Notes: a model not told the origin generated them from the letters alone. A DNA stretch of 61,265 nt, filler included, from Aduncisulcus paluster (GCA_024181965.1; 5 parts of 5 records of this genome joined end to end with filler, not necessarily neighbours in it); one strand, 5' to 3'; numbered from the whole stretch's first letter, positions 11,037 through 24,048 are shown. Program-made: numbers and translations.

Positions 11037-12009
11037 AAACAGTATCAATTTCTCTTGTTCTTCCTTCTTCCATCTCTCTTTCTTCTTCCATCTCTCTTTC
11101 TCTTCCCTCTTCTTCTTCTTCTTCTTTTCCATAATATTCAGGATTAGCAGAGTAACTTCGTGGAGCAGAAGAAGAATAAGAATAATATGGCGTTTCAAAA
11201 GTAGTTTCTCTTTCCTCAACTCGTTCTATCAGTTCCTTGCGTGCTTTTGCAATGGCTGTTATTGGTATTTCCCAAAGTCTCATGATCTGGCCACTGCCAC
11301 CCGTCATAATAGTTAAATCATCAAGCCAACACAGGGAAAGGACACGATCCTTGTGGGGAGAGGAAGAGGAGGAAGAGGAAGAGGAGGAAGTGGAAGAGGA
11401 AGAGGTGGAAGAGGAGGCTGGCCGTGAAGAGCTAGTAAGTGGATATCCCGACTCAGACCTGACATCGTCTGTGTCAGTACAATTTAATAGACAGACCAAA
11501 TCGAAGGAAGGGAAAAGACATACACGGATCTTTGTTCCATCTCTACCACTAACAGCAATAAGAGAGCGTGAGGGACTCACTTCAAGGATATGGATATCAA
11601 GAGTACATGAAGTGGTGCCATCGCCCGGTATATTTATACGTGTAGGTGGGTTAATATGGTATCTGTCGAACATGAGAACTTCTCCTGTCTTTGTGCCTGC
11701 TATAATATATCTATCGTCAAGCCAAGTTGAGGACATGACTTTGTTTATATGGGGAAGGGCAGTATTGAATGTGCGTTCTTTAAAATCTAATATTTTTCTT
11801 GAAATTAGTTCATTTTGTAATTGTCTAGACTTAATCTTGATTTTAGGGTTATGTAATAATGAAACTAATGATTTAGATAACGAAAATGGGCGTTTATCCC
11901 TAGATAAAATTGTGTTCTTATTCCGAAAAGTTTGAGGCTTCCAAACTAAAATATTGAATATTATTGGACACAATTTCACATTTGAGCAAAGATATAAATA
12001 TAATTTCAT
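11037..12009 (-). CDS. DCAF12: DCAF12-like WD40 protein (CUL4-DDB1 substrate receptor), 3'-partial
   Basis: FKER..NKVMSSTWLDDRYIIAGTK, IHILEVSPSRSLIAVSG and HKDRVLSLCWLDD..TGG...LW parallel DCAF12 motifs NKVFASQWL..GTKCN, IHAIELNPSRTLLATGG and HKDWIFSIAW. Start uncertain. Confidence 0.75.
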
Positions 12010-12402
12010 AATAAATCATACAAAGCGCAGATATCAACAAAAATTGTAATAAATTGTGAAATAACAAGCAAACATACAATTCATAAATAAAGATTTGATG
12101 TATGAAATAAAATAATGAATAAATTAAAGAAATATATTAATAGAATGAATTAGTGCATCCAATATCAATCACTTCATGTTTCAAACTAAAATACCAATTA
12201 AATAATTGGACCTAAGACATTCATATCATTTAAAACGTGATATAACAATTAAATAATATATTTATAATGTAAGATTTATTTAAAACGGACCGTGAGAAGC
12301 AAAATCACCAAAATGGGAAAATAATGACCAAAACAATCAAAATAAGAAATGCATTTGGGTACATTCATAATTAGTAATGTATTTTTGCACTTATATTATT
12401 AT

Positions 12403-14934
12403 TTATAATCTCTTCAAAATAAATCCAAATTTATCCAAAGATAAAAATTCAGTTTTCAAAAGCAAATTGAACTTTTCGAGTGCCAAAACGACATCATAAC
12501 CGCCCTTTTCATTGATTTGTACAGCCCAATCCCTCATTTTCTTAACCATTTCCTCAAGGGAATCACTTCCTTCTTTTTCCGGCATACCCAAAATCTTATA
12601 GAGGTGGAGAGAGCATTCTTTAACACGCATTCCTCTTTTAATCAGCTTCAAAAGATACTGTACATCAGTGAATGCATCCGTATATGATGGTAAAGAAGCT
12701 TCAAGGGAAGAAGAAGAAGAAGAAGAGCCTGAAGATTGGAATAGAGGTAAACCCCTGATGAAAGAATGTATTGAATACTCAATCACATCTTCATTGTCTC
12801 CAGACTCTTCCATTTGTCTCCTCTTAATCTCTTGGCAACATTCGATCATGTTCTCAACCCTTGAAACGACATCTTCACAAATGGCCATAACACAGGCTTT
12901 CTTAGAGTGACCAATTTTGTGACACATGGGACATTCAATTTGCCATGGATAACCTTTTGAACAATACTTGGCGTGCTTCTTCTTGTGTTTTTCAATTTCA
13001 TTTTTGAGTTTCTTGAGAGGTTTTTTACCAATTTCTTTATAGACAACTTCTTCAGTGTGAGTGTCTTCTTCTTCTTCTCCTTCTTCTTTTTTCTTGCTGC
13101 TTGATGTTTTAGCTTTAACAGCAACAACCTCTTTAACTTTAGAAGGAAGAGTACTCTCAGGATTGTCAAATATATACCCCTTGTTAAGTAAATAGTCTCT
13201 AACATTAAGAGAAACGATGGATTCTTCTTCTTTTCTCTTCTTTTCTTTGTCTTCCCACTCAGTATACTTCTTATCTTCTTGCAAAGACTGACGAGAAGCA
13301 ACAATATCGTCAGATAAAACATCAACGATCTTCCATGAACCACCATCCTCAATAGAAACGCCCAATTTAGCCATTTCAATGTCACGAAGAACAGTGCAAC
13401 GCTCTAAAAATACACTGTGGGGGGAACGATCGAGAGAAGCTGCGCGCACATCGGATCTAAATTTAGAAATAACGTCATAAAGGCGTTCCAACTTCTTTTT
13501 CTCAGAAAAATCAGCGCTGGAAGAGGAAGAAGCAGTGCCTAACCCAGGGAATCCAACCTCATCTCCAAGGCATTCAAGTCCTAGGATTCTGCAGATACGT
13601 GTGATATATCCAGCAGCATTGCTAACAACAGTGCACAATACTGACCTACCAGCATCTTTTTTATCCTTCAAATACTCGTTCAAACAGTCCACAAGTTCGA
13701 TAATAGCCTTCATGGCCTTGTGGTAAGCAAAATTGAGACGGAAGGACTCGTCAACGGTTTTCTTTGTGTTTGATAAAAATTTCATCAAGTTTTCATCCTC
13801 TTCAGACCGAATTTCTATTTCCATGGGGCTAGATTCACGGATAGCAATGGTACAGTTCGACAGACATGTAGAAATACGTTTCAATAAAGATCCGGCCTCA
13901 GTCATAATTGTAGTATCATAATTCATTGGACCATCGTAGGGACTGAGCAGGAAAAACATTCTAATTTCAGCCGGTGAGAAACACTTGATAGCTTCTTGGA
14001 TTGTAGTGAAGTTATGAAGAGATCTTGCCATCTTCCTGCCCTCGATGTGGAGGTGACCACAATGAAGGAAATAATTAACCCATTGTTGATTTCCATGGAA
14101 GGCTTCGCTCTGAGCTAACTCATTGTCATGGTGGGGGTATTTCAGATCACAACCACCGCTGTGAATGTCCATAGTGGGGCCAAAGTATTTGCTAGCCATA
14201 GCACTGCATTCAATATGCCAACCTGGACGGCCTTTACCCCAAGGAGAATCCCAGGAAGGTTCCCCAGGTTTCACAGCTTTCCAAAGAGCGAAATCACGAG
14301 GGTCTCGCTTTTCATCGGCCTGTTTGTTACCATCAGAGACAGACGACACGGCTTCGCTGCTTTCAGCAGTAGCAGCAAGAGATAATGTATCTTTGGCATC
14401 TTGCTTGGCTGGATCACACTTGCGGTAAGTGTGGGACTTGGAGAAATCGCTAATGGAGAAATAAACAGATCCGCTCCCTTTCGGTTGATACCCAAATCCT
14501 TGGTCCACAATTCCAGATATAAAGGATGTGATTTCTTCCATATGTTCCGTAACACGAGTCAAACGGGTAGGACGACGAACACCAAGAATCTCCATATCTT
14601 TGTGGAATTCAGCTTCATATTTCCTCGAGATTTCGGTAATCTCTTTCTTGTCCTCATTTGCCTTGTTGATGATTTTATCGTCGACATCAGTGATGTTCAT
14701 GATTAAATCGACATCAAACCAAAAATAATCTTCTAGGATTCTCCTAATAATATCGAAGCTAATGTATGTCCTAGCGTGACCAATGTGGGACATGGAATAC
14801 ACAGTGGGACCACAAGTGTACCATTTAATCTTTCCAGGCTCCATTGTGCATAACTCATCATATTCATCGGTAAGAGAGTTCTTCACTTTAATTCCAGTTG
14901 GAAAAGAGGGGGATGGTTTCGTCCAACGTTTCAT
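12403..14934 (-). CDS. CARS: Cysteinyl-tRNA synthetase with C-terminal CCHC zinc knuckle and extension
   Basis: [62 protein letters not shown] at the KMSKS position. Confidence 0.97.
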   Translation of the reverse strand: MKRWTKPSPSFPTGIKVKNSLTDEYDELCTMEPGKIKWYTCGPTVYSMSHIGHARTYISFDIIRRILEDYFWFDVDLIMNITDVDDKIINKANEDKKEITEISRKYEAEFHKDMEILGVRRPTRLTRVTEHMEEITSFISGIVDQGFGYQPKGSGSVYFSISDFSKSHTYRKCDPAKQDAKDTLSLAATAESSEAVSSVSDGNKQADEKRDPRDFALWKAVKPGEPSWDSPWGKGRPGWHIECSAMASKYFGPTMDIHSGGCDLKYPHHDNELAQSEAFHGNQQWVNYFLHCGHLHIEGRKMARSLHNFTTIQEAIKCFSPAEIRMFFLLSPYDGPMNYDTTIMTEAGSLLKRISTCLSNCTIAIRESSPMEIEIRSEEDENLMKFLSNTKKTVDESFRLNFAYHKAMKAIIELVDCLNEYLKDKKDAGRSVLCTVVSNAAGYITRICRILGLECLGDEVGFPGLGTASSSSSADFSEKKKLERLYDVISKFRSDVRAASLDRSPHSVFLERCTVLRDIEMAKLGVSIEDGGSWKIVDVLSDDIVASRQSLQEDKKYTEWEDKEKKRKEEESIVSLNVRDYLLNKGYIFDNPESTLPSKVKEVVAVKAKTSSSKKKEEGEEEEDTHTEEVVYKEIGKKPLKKLKNEIEKHKKKHAKYCSKGYPWQIECPMCHKIGHSKKACVMAICEDVVSRVENMIECCQEIKRRQMEESGDNEDVIEYSIHSFIRGLPLFQSSGSSSSSSSLEASLPSYTDAFTDVQYLLKLIKRGMRVKECSLHLYKILGMPEKEGSDSLEEMVKKMRDWAVQINEKGGYDVVLALEKFNLLLKTEFLSLDKFGFILKRL

Positions 14935-15448
14935 CACTAGCAGCAAAAACGAGTTCAATCCTTGATGGAGTTCAATCCAGAGTTGAATAGCTCACATAAA
15001 TTAATTTCTTCCCAAAATATTTTATGATTTTAATCATAATAATGGTAATTTTTTTGAATTGGGTTTTTGTTATTATTATTTCGATGTATTTATATAGTAC
15101 GGCATGAACCGACAATATTTTCGGTAGAAACACCGGTTAAGTATATACCGACTGGCCTTGCTTTGACGAACTCTACCAAATGAAGAAAATAGAGGTGATA
15201 ATGATTTAATTTCACTTTAATATCCTCAATATAAAATATTTTTTCATATTATTCCTCCCTTTTGTGACTTGAGCATTTTTCGAGGGTCAGGGAGGGTGTT
15301 GGGACCTCAAATTATGAAAGTTTAATTCAATAAATTATTATTTCTAACTCTTTATTATGAATGAATGTTATTTTATCCCACTATTAATACCGGTACCTAT
15401 CTGCAGTTTTCTTCAACACAAAACCGTAATATTTGATAACCACTCTAT

Positions 15449-16810
15449 ATGTCAAGTTTACTAGACAAAACAATTCAATTCTCTAAACAAGCTTCTGCCG
15501 CCGATATGGCTGGAAATTATCCTGAGGCCTTAAGATTATATGCTCTAACTCTTAGATCTTGGATGGCCGCTGTCCGTACTGGCGCCATTCCTGAAGGATC
15601 TGCTATGGTAGTCCGAAGCAAAATGGAACAGTATAAGGAAAGATATGCTGCTTTAAAAGAAATGCTCGATTCTAAGAAAAAACAACCTGTCGCTGCCGGA
15701 GGTAAAAAGAAATCATCTGGGAAGAAAAAAGATAAAGGAAAATCTGGTGAGGATGGAGAAGAAGAGGAGGAAGAAATGGATGAAGAAGAAAGGAAGCTCC
15801 AGGATGCTATTGCTAAGGTCATGGTCAGTGAGAGTCCTAATGTAAAATGGGACGATGTGGCCGGTCTCGAGGCAGCAAAAGGTGCTTTGAGAGAGGCTGT
15901 TATCCTTCCCGTAAAATTCCCTCAATTCTTTACTGGTAAACGTAGTCCCTGGCGTGCTATTTTGCTCTACGGTCCCCCTGGTACCGGTAAGAGTTACCTT
16001 GCCAAGGCTGTTGCCACTGAAATCGACTCTAACTTCTTCTCGGTGTCTTCCAGTGACCTTGTTTCGAAGTGGCAAGGAGAATCTGAACGTCTCGTGAAAG
16101 CTATGTTCGAGATCGCCAGAAAAAAGGCCCCCTCAATTATTTTTGTTGATGAAATCGATGCCCTTTGTGGTGCCAGGGGAGACAATGAGTCTGAGTCTTC
16201 AAGGAGAATTAAGAATGAGTTTCTCATCCAGATGCAGGGAGTAGGTAGAGATAATAAGGGAGTCCTTGTCTTGGGTGCCACCAATTTCCCTTGGGGTCTT
16301 GATAGTGCCATTAGAAGGAGGTTTGAGAAGCGTATCTACATTGGTTTGCCTGAAGCTCCTGCCAGAACAGCCATGTTCAAAATCCATCTCGGAAAGACTC
16401 CCAACGAACTAACTGAAGGTGATTTCGGTAAGCTTGGAGAGTTTTCAAAGGGTTTCAGTGGTTCTGATATCGGTACTCTTGTTCGTGATGCTCTGATGGC
16501 TCCCATTCGTGATTTCCAAAAAGCCACCAAATTCTACCCTAAAGAAGTCGATGTCCCTATTAAAAATGATGATGGTGAGGTTATTTCTTCAAAGAGAGAG
16601 ACCAAATGGTTCCCTATTACTGATGACATGACTGGTGATCCCCCCGGTACAGTTGCGCGTGATCCTTTCTCCTTTAATGGTGAAGATGTTGGTGATATGC
16701 CTGTTAAAGCTACCCACTTCATGTCAGCACTCTCAAAGATTCACGCTTCCGTAGGTGAAGAAGATCTGAAGAAACAAGAGGACTTCAGATCTAAATATGG
16801 AAGTGAATGA
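15449..16810 (+). CDS. VPS4: Vacuolar protein sorting 4 AAA ATPase (MIT + AAA)
   Basis: MIT helices, PNVKWDDVAGLE, EAVILPVKFPQFFTGKR, GPPGTGKSYLAKAVATE, SKWQGESE, IFVDEID, RRRFEKRIYI. Confidence 0.97.
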   Translation: MSSLLDKTIQFSKQASAADMAGNYPEALRLYALTLRSWMAAVRTGAIPEGSAMVVRSKMEQYKERYAALKEMLDSKKKQPVAAGGKKKSSGKKKDKGKSGEDGEEEEEEMDEEERKLQDAIAKVMVSESPNVKWDDVAGLEAAKGALREAVILPVKFPQFFTGKRSPWRAILLYGPPGTGKSYLAKAVATEIDSNFFSVSSSDLVSKWQGESERLVKAMFEIARKKAPSIIFVDEIDALCGARGDNESESSRRIKNEFLIQMQGVGRDNKGVLVLGATNFPWGLDSAIRRRFEKRIYIGLPEAPARTAMFKIHLGKTPNELTEGDFGKLGEFSKGFSGSDIGTLVRDALMAPIRDFQKATKFYPKEVDVPIKNDDGEVISSKRETKWFPITDDMTGDPPGTVARDPFSFNGEDVGDMPVKATHFMSALSKIHASVGEEDLKKQEDFRSKYGSE

Positions 16811-18247
16811 GAAAGAAAGAGAAGAGCGGCAAAAATCATAATTAATCACCGGAATATTAACAAATATATTTAGATTTAGATTTCTATTGTTTTGGGGAGA
16901 GTGAGAACGATCTATTTTTAGAGATTCTATATTTATACAAGAAATAAAATAACCGTAAGTATTTACAATAGGAAGTTTTTCAGCTTCCTCTGAATAAATC
17001 AGGATTTATAGATAAATTCAATTTATTATTGACTTCCAAAGGAAGACGGCTAGCAAATTTATTAAAATCATTTTAATATTTTATGATAAAATCACCGGCC
17101 CGGGTAAGAGGCGGTAATACCATCGAAACTGTATTTGTCCTATTTCAATAATCGTTAATCTTATGAGCTCCGCTGCAGTGGCCATGCCACTTCAGAAACT
17201 ATCTACAACCACCGTCTCCTATTTCCTTTTACTCGCCGTTCGTGTGTATCTCGTAGGCGTGGTTTGGTATAGATAGTGGGCAGATTTAAGGTTTTATTTG
17301 GTGACTTCCGACTTCATCTATAGTATCCATAGATTAGCTGCTCATACTCTTCCCATACCCCTCCATGAGGTTATGAGCTTTCTTCTCACTTCTTCTTACG
17401 TCGCCTACACCTATGTGTCCAATTATCTTCCCAAACTCTACCCTGTTTGACATCATAACATAGATCGACTGACAATTGCAATGTTCTGTAGCATGCATAC
17501 CCTGAAACCTCTACTCGAGTCCATGAAGTCCACTCTTGGCATGGAGAAGGGAACGCTGGCCCTTAGTAACATCATTCCAGTCACACATAATTCAAAACAG
17601 CTGGTATAAATTTGACATATGATCAATACCCTCTTTTTCAAAGACAATAAACACAGATCACAAATTTCAGTATCAAATGTATAATCTCAGTCTCGGATGT
17701 ATCAGATGATCAGGATCTGGCATTGGAGTTGGAGTTGGTGTGAAAGGAGGAAATGTCATGTTCCATGAAGCATCAGGGGATTAGATTCGTAGCAGTATAC
17801 AGACATATGCATACCAATCGTATTCTGAGTTCTTGATATTTTTGATTGTAAGCAAAAGCAAGTGAAAATGAAACAGAAAGGCAAGGATAAGGATAGAAAT
17901 GAAATGGAAATATATCCAAGTTATTGAATGGCATTGAAATCGTTCATAAATGTTCTTAACACGTGAAATGGAACTATATCCAGTCCTGAGGGTTCTCCAA
18001 AAGCCTGAGATATCGAGAATAAACACCATGGCATGGAAATGAAAATAAAACATGTTTTTATCATTTACCAGCATTGAACTCGTTTATATGTGTTTTTTTA
18101 AATTTCCAATCTTATCTATTGAAGGGTTGCTTGTTCAGTCCTCCATTTTTTCTCGTCGTACAAGCAAATTGTATGTTTAATATATGTCGCATCTTTTATT
18201 AAATGTATATTAAGAAATATTTTAACCGAATTCATTCATTATTCTGC

Positions 18248-18347
18248 NNNNNNNNNNNNNNNNNNNNNNNNNNNNNNNNNNNNNNNNNNNNTTAATTAAT
18301 TAANNNNNNNNNNNNNNNNNNNNNNNNNNNNNNNNNNNNNNNNNNNN
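18248..18347. other. Artificial scaffold linker
   Basis: 44 N + TTAATTAATTAA + 44 N. Confidence 0.98.
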
Positions 18348-19296
18348 AACAAAATGGATGACAAATTATTTCCAGAAATGGAATGACATACTTGAAAATG
18401 CTAGCACCCAATCCAAATATTATTACAACTGCAAGCAAAATATGGCCTGGATTTTTGTTTGTTATGTTGTTGAGATCCTGTCACGAGATGTGCTTTCGAC
18501 TTTCTTGAACTCATGCGGCATGGCAATATATAGAGCCATGAGATATAAAAAACCTGCATGTTGGTGGAATTGTCACAGGGTTTTCTCAACTCATCGCAAA
18601 GTCGCCATTTGGAGCGCCCACTGCCATATCCCTTGTGATTGAATGGGATAAAAATACACTTTCTATCCGCTGCGAGATCATTTTATTCCTTGTACTGCAC
18701 AGAGATTTGCAAGAAGGCTTCTTAATTGAATGAATGGATGTTTCGTGTCAAACGCCTTGAGCTTCTTTTCTAAAGACCATCCCTCGGAGCACAGCTCTCT
18801 TCCCAATGTGAGATCTTCCCTTTTTTTATTATTTTTTTTTGGTGTCGTGGAATTCACAGATACCGTTTCTAATCGATTAATCGACCAACAAATGAAGCTT
18901 TGAAAGATGTCTTGTTGAGTTGGCCCACATCCAATTCATGATTAATATCAAAAGTGATTGGAGGATGATTCCATTAATCCAGGAATCTCCAGCTCTCCAT
19001 GACAAAGTACTGGTAATGAACCTATGACTTCGTATCATCAGAATAACCTGTGATCACTCTTATTTTCAATTAAATTCCTATTAAATTTTCACAATTTATT
19101 CTTCTTTCATCAACAAGTCCTTGCAAACTGTTCTTCTTCAACTTCAAGTTGTTGACAGCTCCAAATCCACGAATGTTTTCATAGTGAGTAAAAACATCTT
19201 CGCGAGTGAGCCATTTAAGTTCGAGGTAAACACGACAGATATCACTCATATACGTCTCTTTAATTTCTCCAAACATGTTCTCGACTTGGAACAATT

Positions 19297-22200
19297 TTAC
19301 ATGTCGAGATCAGATTCCTCAAAGTCGAAATCATCCTCTTCTTCCTCACCCCGATTTCCACTTTCACTTTCACTGCTCTTCTCTTCCTTTTGTTGCGAAG
19401 CAGTTTCTTTCGATTTATCATCTTCAAAATCATCTTCAAATTCACTAAAACTCTCTTCATCTTCTTCTGCCTGCTTCTTTTCTTCCTCTTCCAACCTTTT
19501 CTTTCTTTCTGCTTCCTCCTCTTCTTTTCTCTTCCTTTCTTCTTCTTCTTTCCTCCTCTTCTCTTCTTCTTCCTCTTTTTCTTTTCTCTTTCTTTCTTCC
19601 TCCTCTTCTTCTTTTCTCTTCCTTTCTTCTTCTTCTTTTTCTTTTCTCTTTCTTTCTCTTCTTCCTCTTCTTCTTGCTTTCTCCTTCTTTCCTCCTCTTC
19701 TCTTCTCTTCTCTTCTTCTTCTTTTTCTTTTCTCTTTCTTTCTTCCTCCTCCTCTCTCTTCTTCCTCTCTTCTTCTTCTCGCTTCCTCTTCGCTTCTTCT
19801 TCATCCTCTTTTCTTTCCTCCTCTTCCATTCCATAATCGAATGCATCTTCCTCTTCTCCGCTATGTTCCTCAGACTCAGACTCTTTCTCAATCTCTCGAT
19901 CTTGCATCTCAGATGTCTTTTCTGCAGAAAAAGTAGAAGCCATTGTTGAAGATTCTTGAACAGTGGTGTGGTCAGAAAGCTCGGAGATTCCAACGCCATT
20001 CTGATCCACCTCTTCATCTTCAATGGTCTGTTCCAAATGCTGATTCTGAAGACTCGAAGAGGAATCGGTGGTGGGATTTGATTGAAGAGAATTAGAAACC
20101 GATTCTTTAATTTTAGAATAGAGGGGATTCTCGAGGAGTTGAACACCATTCTCATCAATATCTCCTTCAGCAACGATTAAGGGGTCATCACGAGTGGCTA
20201 AGCCAGCACTGCCAGCACTGAAAAGATCCATACGAGCACTCTTTTTCTCATCTTCCCGCATTTTCTTAATCCTTTCCCTTCGAAGCCTATCCTGTTCCTC
20301 AACGGAGGCAATGTGATGCCGTCTCATTTGACGGACAGCAAGTGCAGCACTCTCCTGAACACCTTCATCTTTCCCTCCAATCAATATGAGTAAACTTGAT
20401 ACAACGCCACTCTGACGAACGACCATAGCATTGTGAGCATCCTGGGCAAGTGCAGCAAGAGCCAAGCAAGTAGCATGGTTGACACAGTGGAGTCTGCTCA
20501 AGATCGAGTGAGCAGCACGAACCAATGATGGAGAAGGCGAAGATATCGTGGTACCTGTGGAACTACGAGCGGGGATGGACTTCCTGACAGTCATTCCGGA
20601 CTGCTCAGGTGTCCGTCTTGGCCTTCTTCCCTTGATAGCACTCCAGGGTGCAATATCTCTCCCTCTACCTTCAACTCCACCATCAGGGTCAGCAAGGAGG
20701 AACCCAAGCTCCTTCTCAAGGCCAAGATGAACGATATCTTCTGTGTATCTCACACAATGCTGCAAGATAGTATGACTGGCAAGCTCCTCATCCTCAGCAA
20801 TGTACTTACATAGCGATTGGACCACACCAAGCTCACCAAGTTGCTTTGAATGATCAGCAACGGGGGCAAGGGATGCGATGGCTTCAGCGACATATTGTCT
20901 GACAAGGAGATCCTGAGCAGTGGCGGCAAGATTTGATAGCAATGGTAAAACTCCATACTCAACAACAACCTTGGCATTGGCACGAATCTTACCCAATCTG
21001 GCAATCATTCCACACACATACGCACGAACATGGGAGGATTCTGAATGAAGCAAATGACAACACAACTCAAGACCACCGACAAGCTCTTTCGCACCAGTGG
21101 CAACGTCAATCAATTGCAAGAGAGCAGTCAGAGCATGGGCAGCAGTCCCAACAACCTCAATATCAGTTGATTTCAATAAACTCCACAAAAGCCTGAGACC
21201 ATCGGCATCTCTGATTTGTTTAGATACTTCGATATCTGTTCCAGCCTCTCCAAGAGCAGTTCCAACGATCTTTAGAAGCTCAACCTCAGTCCGCACAGTT
21301 AGCGCAACGAGAGCAGCAACACCTCCTTTAGTTTTCTTGAGAACATATCTTCCAGCGTCACATCTAAACAGACAACTCAGACAACGTACACACTGACAGC
21401 ACACTTCAACATCCTCGTCATGGGATGACACCTGGGCCAATAATTGGGGGATAGCGTTAGCCTTGACAAAATCTTCAGCAATACTGTTATCATTCTCAAG
21501 AATTGAATATACAACCCTACACACGGAAATAACAAGATCTCGACTACCCCGTCCCAATAATGAAACGATTGGAGATACACCTTTACATGCTTTTATACTC
21601 TCACTCACCCCACCATCATTAGAAACAAAGGATAAGATATCAGCAGAATGTTGGAGAAGACTTTGTTTCGTACTCTTGCCCAAAAGACCAATGACTCTAT
21701 CAACAAGACCAATCTCAAGGAGATCAGTCCGAGTGCGCACATCACGACATGATACGAAGGCCAGTAAAGCACCAGCAGCCTCACTAAGAAGATCTTCGGA
21801 CGAGAGAAGAAGAAGATCACATAAAACGATAAGACCTCCTTGCGATTTAATCACTGAACGGGCTCTATTGCTTGAAGCGAGTACGTGTAACAACTTGGCA
21901 GCTCCAGCAGCTACCTTCTCCTTATCTTTATGAACGAATGATTTATCCGTGGCTGCCCTCGTTAAACGTAAAAGAGATGTAATTCCTTTGCCTAATCTAA
22001 CCTCTTTCTTGGCAGTTCCAGAGATACACAGGAGAGAGAGTAACTCAGCAGCTAAATATTGAACAGACGGTTGAGATGAAATTGGTGGTTGTCTTCTAAC
22101 TTTCACCAAATGTTCATTTATCATAGTTCCTGGACGAGGTCCTTCATTCAATAAATCAATGCATCTTCTTACACCATCGACTTTGGTTATAACATACCTT

Positions 22201-22541
22201 ATCTCTTGATGATTTGCGAGAACTATCAAAACTTTTAGAATTTCTTGACGAATACGAGCTTCATGTGTCACAGAAAGTAATTTCAAAAGAGCTTCAGGAC
22301 CACCAACATCAAAGAACAGCAAACGGTTTCTTTCAGATGTAAAGTCAGAATTCTTAAGCGTTGACAATGCTAAAATAACTTGAGATGGAGCTTTGTTATC
22401 ATTGATCATTGCAACAACCCGTGTAAAAGGATTATCTATATCAGATTGATGACTAACACGTTCTTTTAAAACATGTGGGATTTCTTCATCACATTCAGAA
22501 TCTTCTCTATGTTTCGAACCTTTTCGTGTTGAATAATCCAT
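19297..22541 (-). CDS. ODAD2: Armadillo-repeat outer dynein arm docking protein ODAD2/ARMC4-like with long E/K/R tail; apparent 1-nt frameshift near 19655
   Basis: ARM repeats with DVGGPEALLKLL, LAAE, DGLRLLWSLLKS, VGGLEL..LL.S, GVLPLLSNLA and VQESAA. The acidic end (ORF 19297-19494) lies in another frame, joined through the GA-rich repeat. Confidence 0.85.
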
Positions 22542-22920
22542 AATATGAAAATAATATATATAATTTGTTGCAAAAAACACGAGATATTCATCTTCAATCA
22601 GTTATTTTTCTCCAGAAATAATAAATTATATATTTAATAATGAAATTTTATTTTATATTGTTGTAGAATGCAAAATATATGAAATATTTCTTTCTAATAT
22701 TGCGTGTTGCCCGTGAAGAGAAAACAATTGTCTAACCACCGTAAAGAAGATATTCATCACTTATTAAGCATAAAATCATGGTTAAACCTTATTTTATATT
22801 TATTCATCATCAACAATCGATAACTATATGTGTTAATTTCTCAAGGGTAGAATTTCATCGATTCAAATCATTGATCAAACACGAATTTACACCAAAAAAG
22901 TCAAAATATGGAAATATCCA

Positions 22921-23948
22921 TCATTCTGTAAGAGCTTCAAGAAGTTGTTTCATATTCTTTCTTACGGAATCAGCAAGATTCTTTCTTCGACGATGTCTCT
23001 TCCCTCTTTCTTCCATAATCTTCCTTCTTGCTTGCTTGAGTTGTTCATTATGAACCGATTTAATACTCGATAATTTGCGTAGATAATGCTCTTTCTTTTC
23101 TGCAGCAAGTTTGTTTAGAAGTTGAATCTTTTTAACTCTTCGATCAACACTAGCAATGTATAATTGTTGGGCCTTTTTAAAGGCGGCGATCTCTTTCACA
23201 ACGGCCTCTTCGATCTTTCTCCCTTCCCCGTTTGCTTCTTCAGTAATTTGGTGGACTTCTTCTTGCATTTTTATATAGATTTTGTCAAGCATTTCAGCAA
23301 CCGATTTGTCCTGCCTCTTTCGAACATGTTTTGAGCCATCTTTCTTCAACACAGACAAGACACCACTCAGGGCAGCGGAAAGAGGAGAAGATGGGTCATG
23401 TTGACCTGAAAAAGCCATCGCAGAACGATCACTGCCAATAAACGTAGTGGGAGATGCAGGAACAGACTCGGCAGACACATCCCTTCCTCCAGATTTCTTC
23501 ACAGTTGACATAGTAAGTGCAGAATGGGTGAGATTTGAGGATTTTGTGGAGGAAGAGAGGAGAGAGAGCAGAGCAGAGTGAGGGGACGTGGAAGGAATAT
23601 CAGGTGGAGGCGTGTGAACTTGGAGCTCACCATATTCGTGATCAACACAATCTTCATCAGGAATCGTTGGCGCATTAGCTCTCGAAGCTTCAGAAGTAAA
23701 AGCCATTGGCTTAGTGTTATTACGAACAGTTTCCACATCAGAATCTTCCTCTTCTTCATCCTTCTGAGAAGGTGAATGATTATCTTTGACACTCTCAGAT
23801 TGCTTTGATTGTTTCTTTCCAAGCTGACGCAAGCGAAGTTTCTCTTTTTGTTTGGCCTCTTCTTCTTCTTTCTGTTTAATTGCCAACAATCTCTGTTCAC
23901 GAGCTTGGGCACGCTGTTTCCTTTTTTCTTCTTGTTCTTTCTTCTTTT
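22921..23948 (-). CDS. Hypothetical protein, 5'-partial; disordered region followed by a C-terminal coiled coil
   Basis: Frame open to the scaffold edge (KKEQEEKRKQRAQAREQRLLAIKQ...); heptad-like last ~120 aa. Confidence 0.75.
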
Positions 23949-24048
23949 NNNNNNNNNNNNNNNNNNNNNNNNNNNNNNNNNNNNNNNNNNNNTTAATTAA
24001 TTAANNNNNNNNNNNNNNNNNNNNNNNNNNNNNNNNNNNNNNNNNNNN
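23949..24048. other. Artificial scaffold linker
   Basis: 44 N + TTAATTAATTAA + 44 N. Confidence 0.98.

Noticed and set aside
17050-18247. Coding-like composition with short broken frames (e.g. 17163-17450 with an internal TAG)
   Set aside because: No recognisable motif. Probably decayed gene fragments; stop-codon readthrough is unsupported.
18348-19294. Short ORFs at the scaffold start
   Set aside because: Interrupted in all frames I checked, with no identifiable family.
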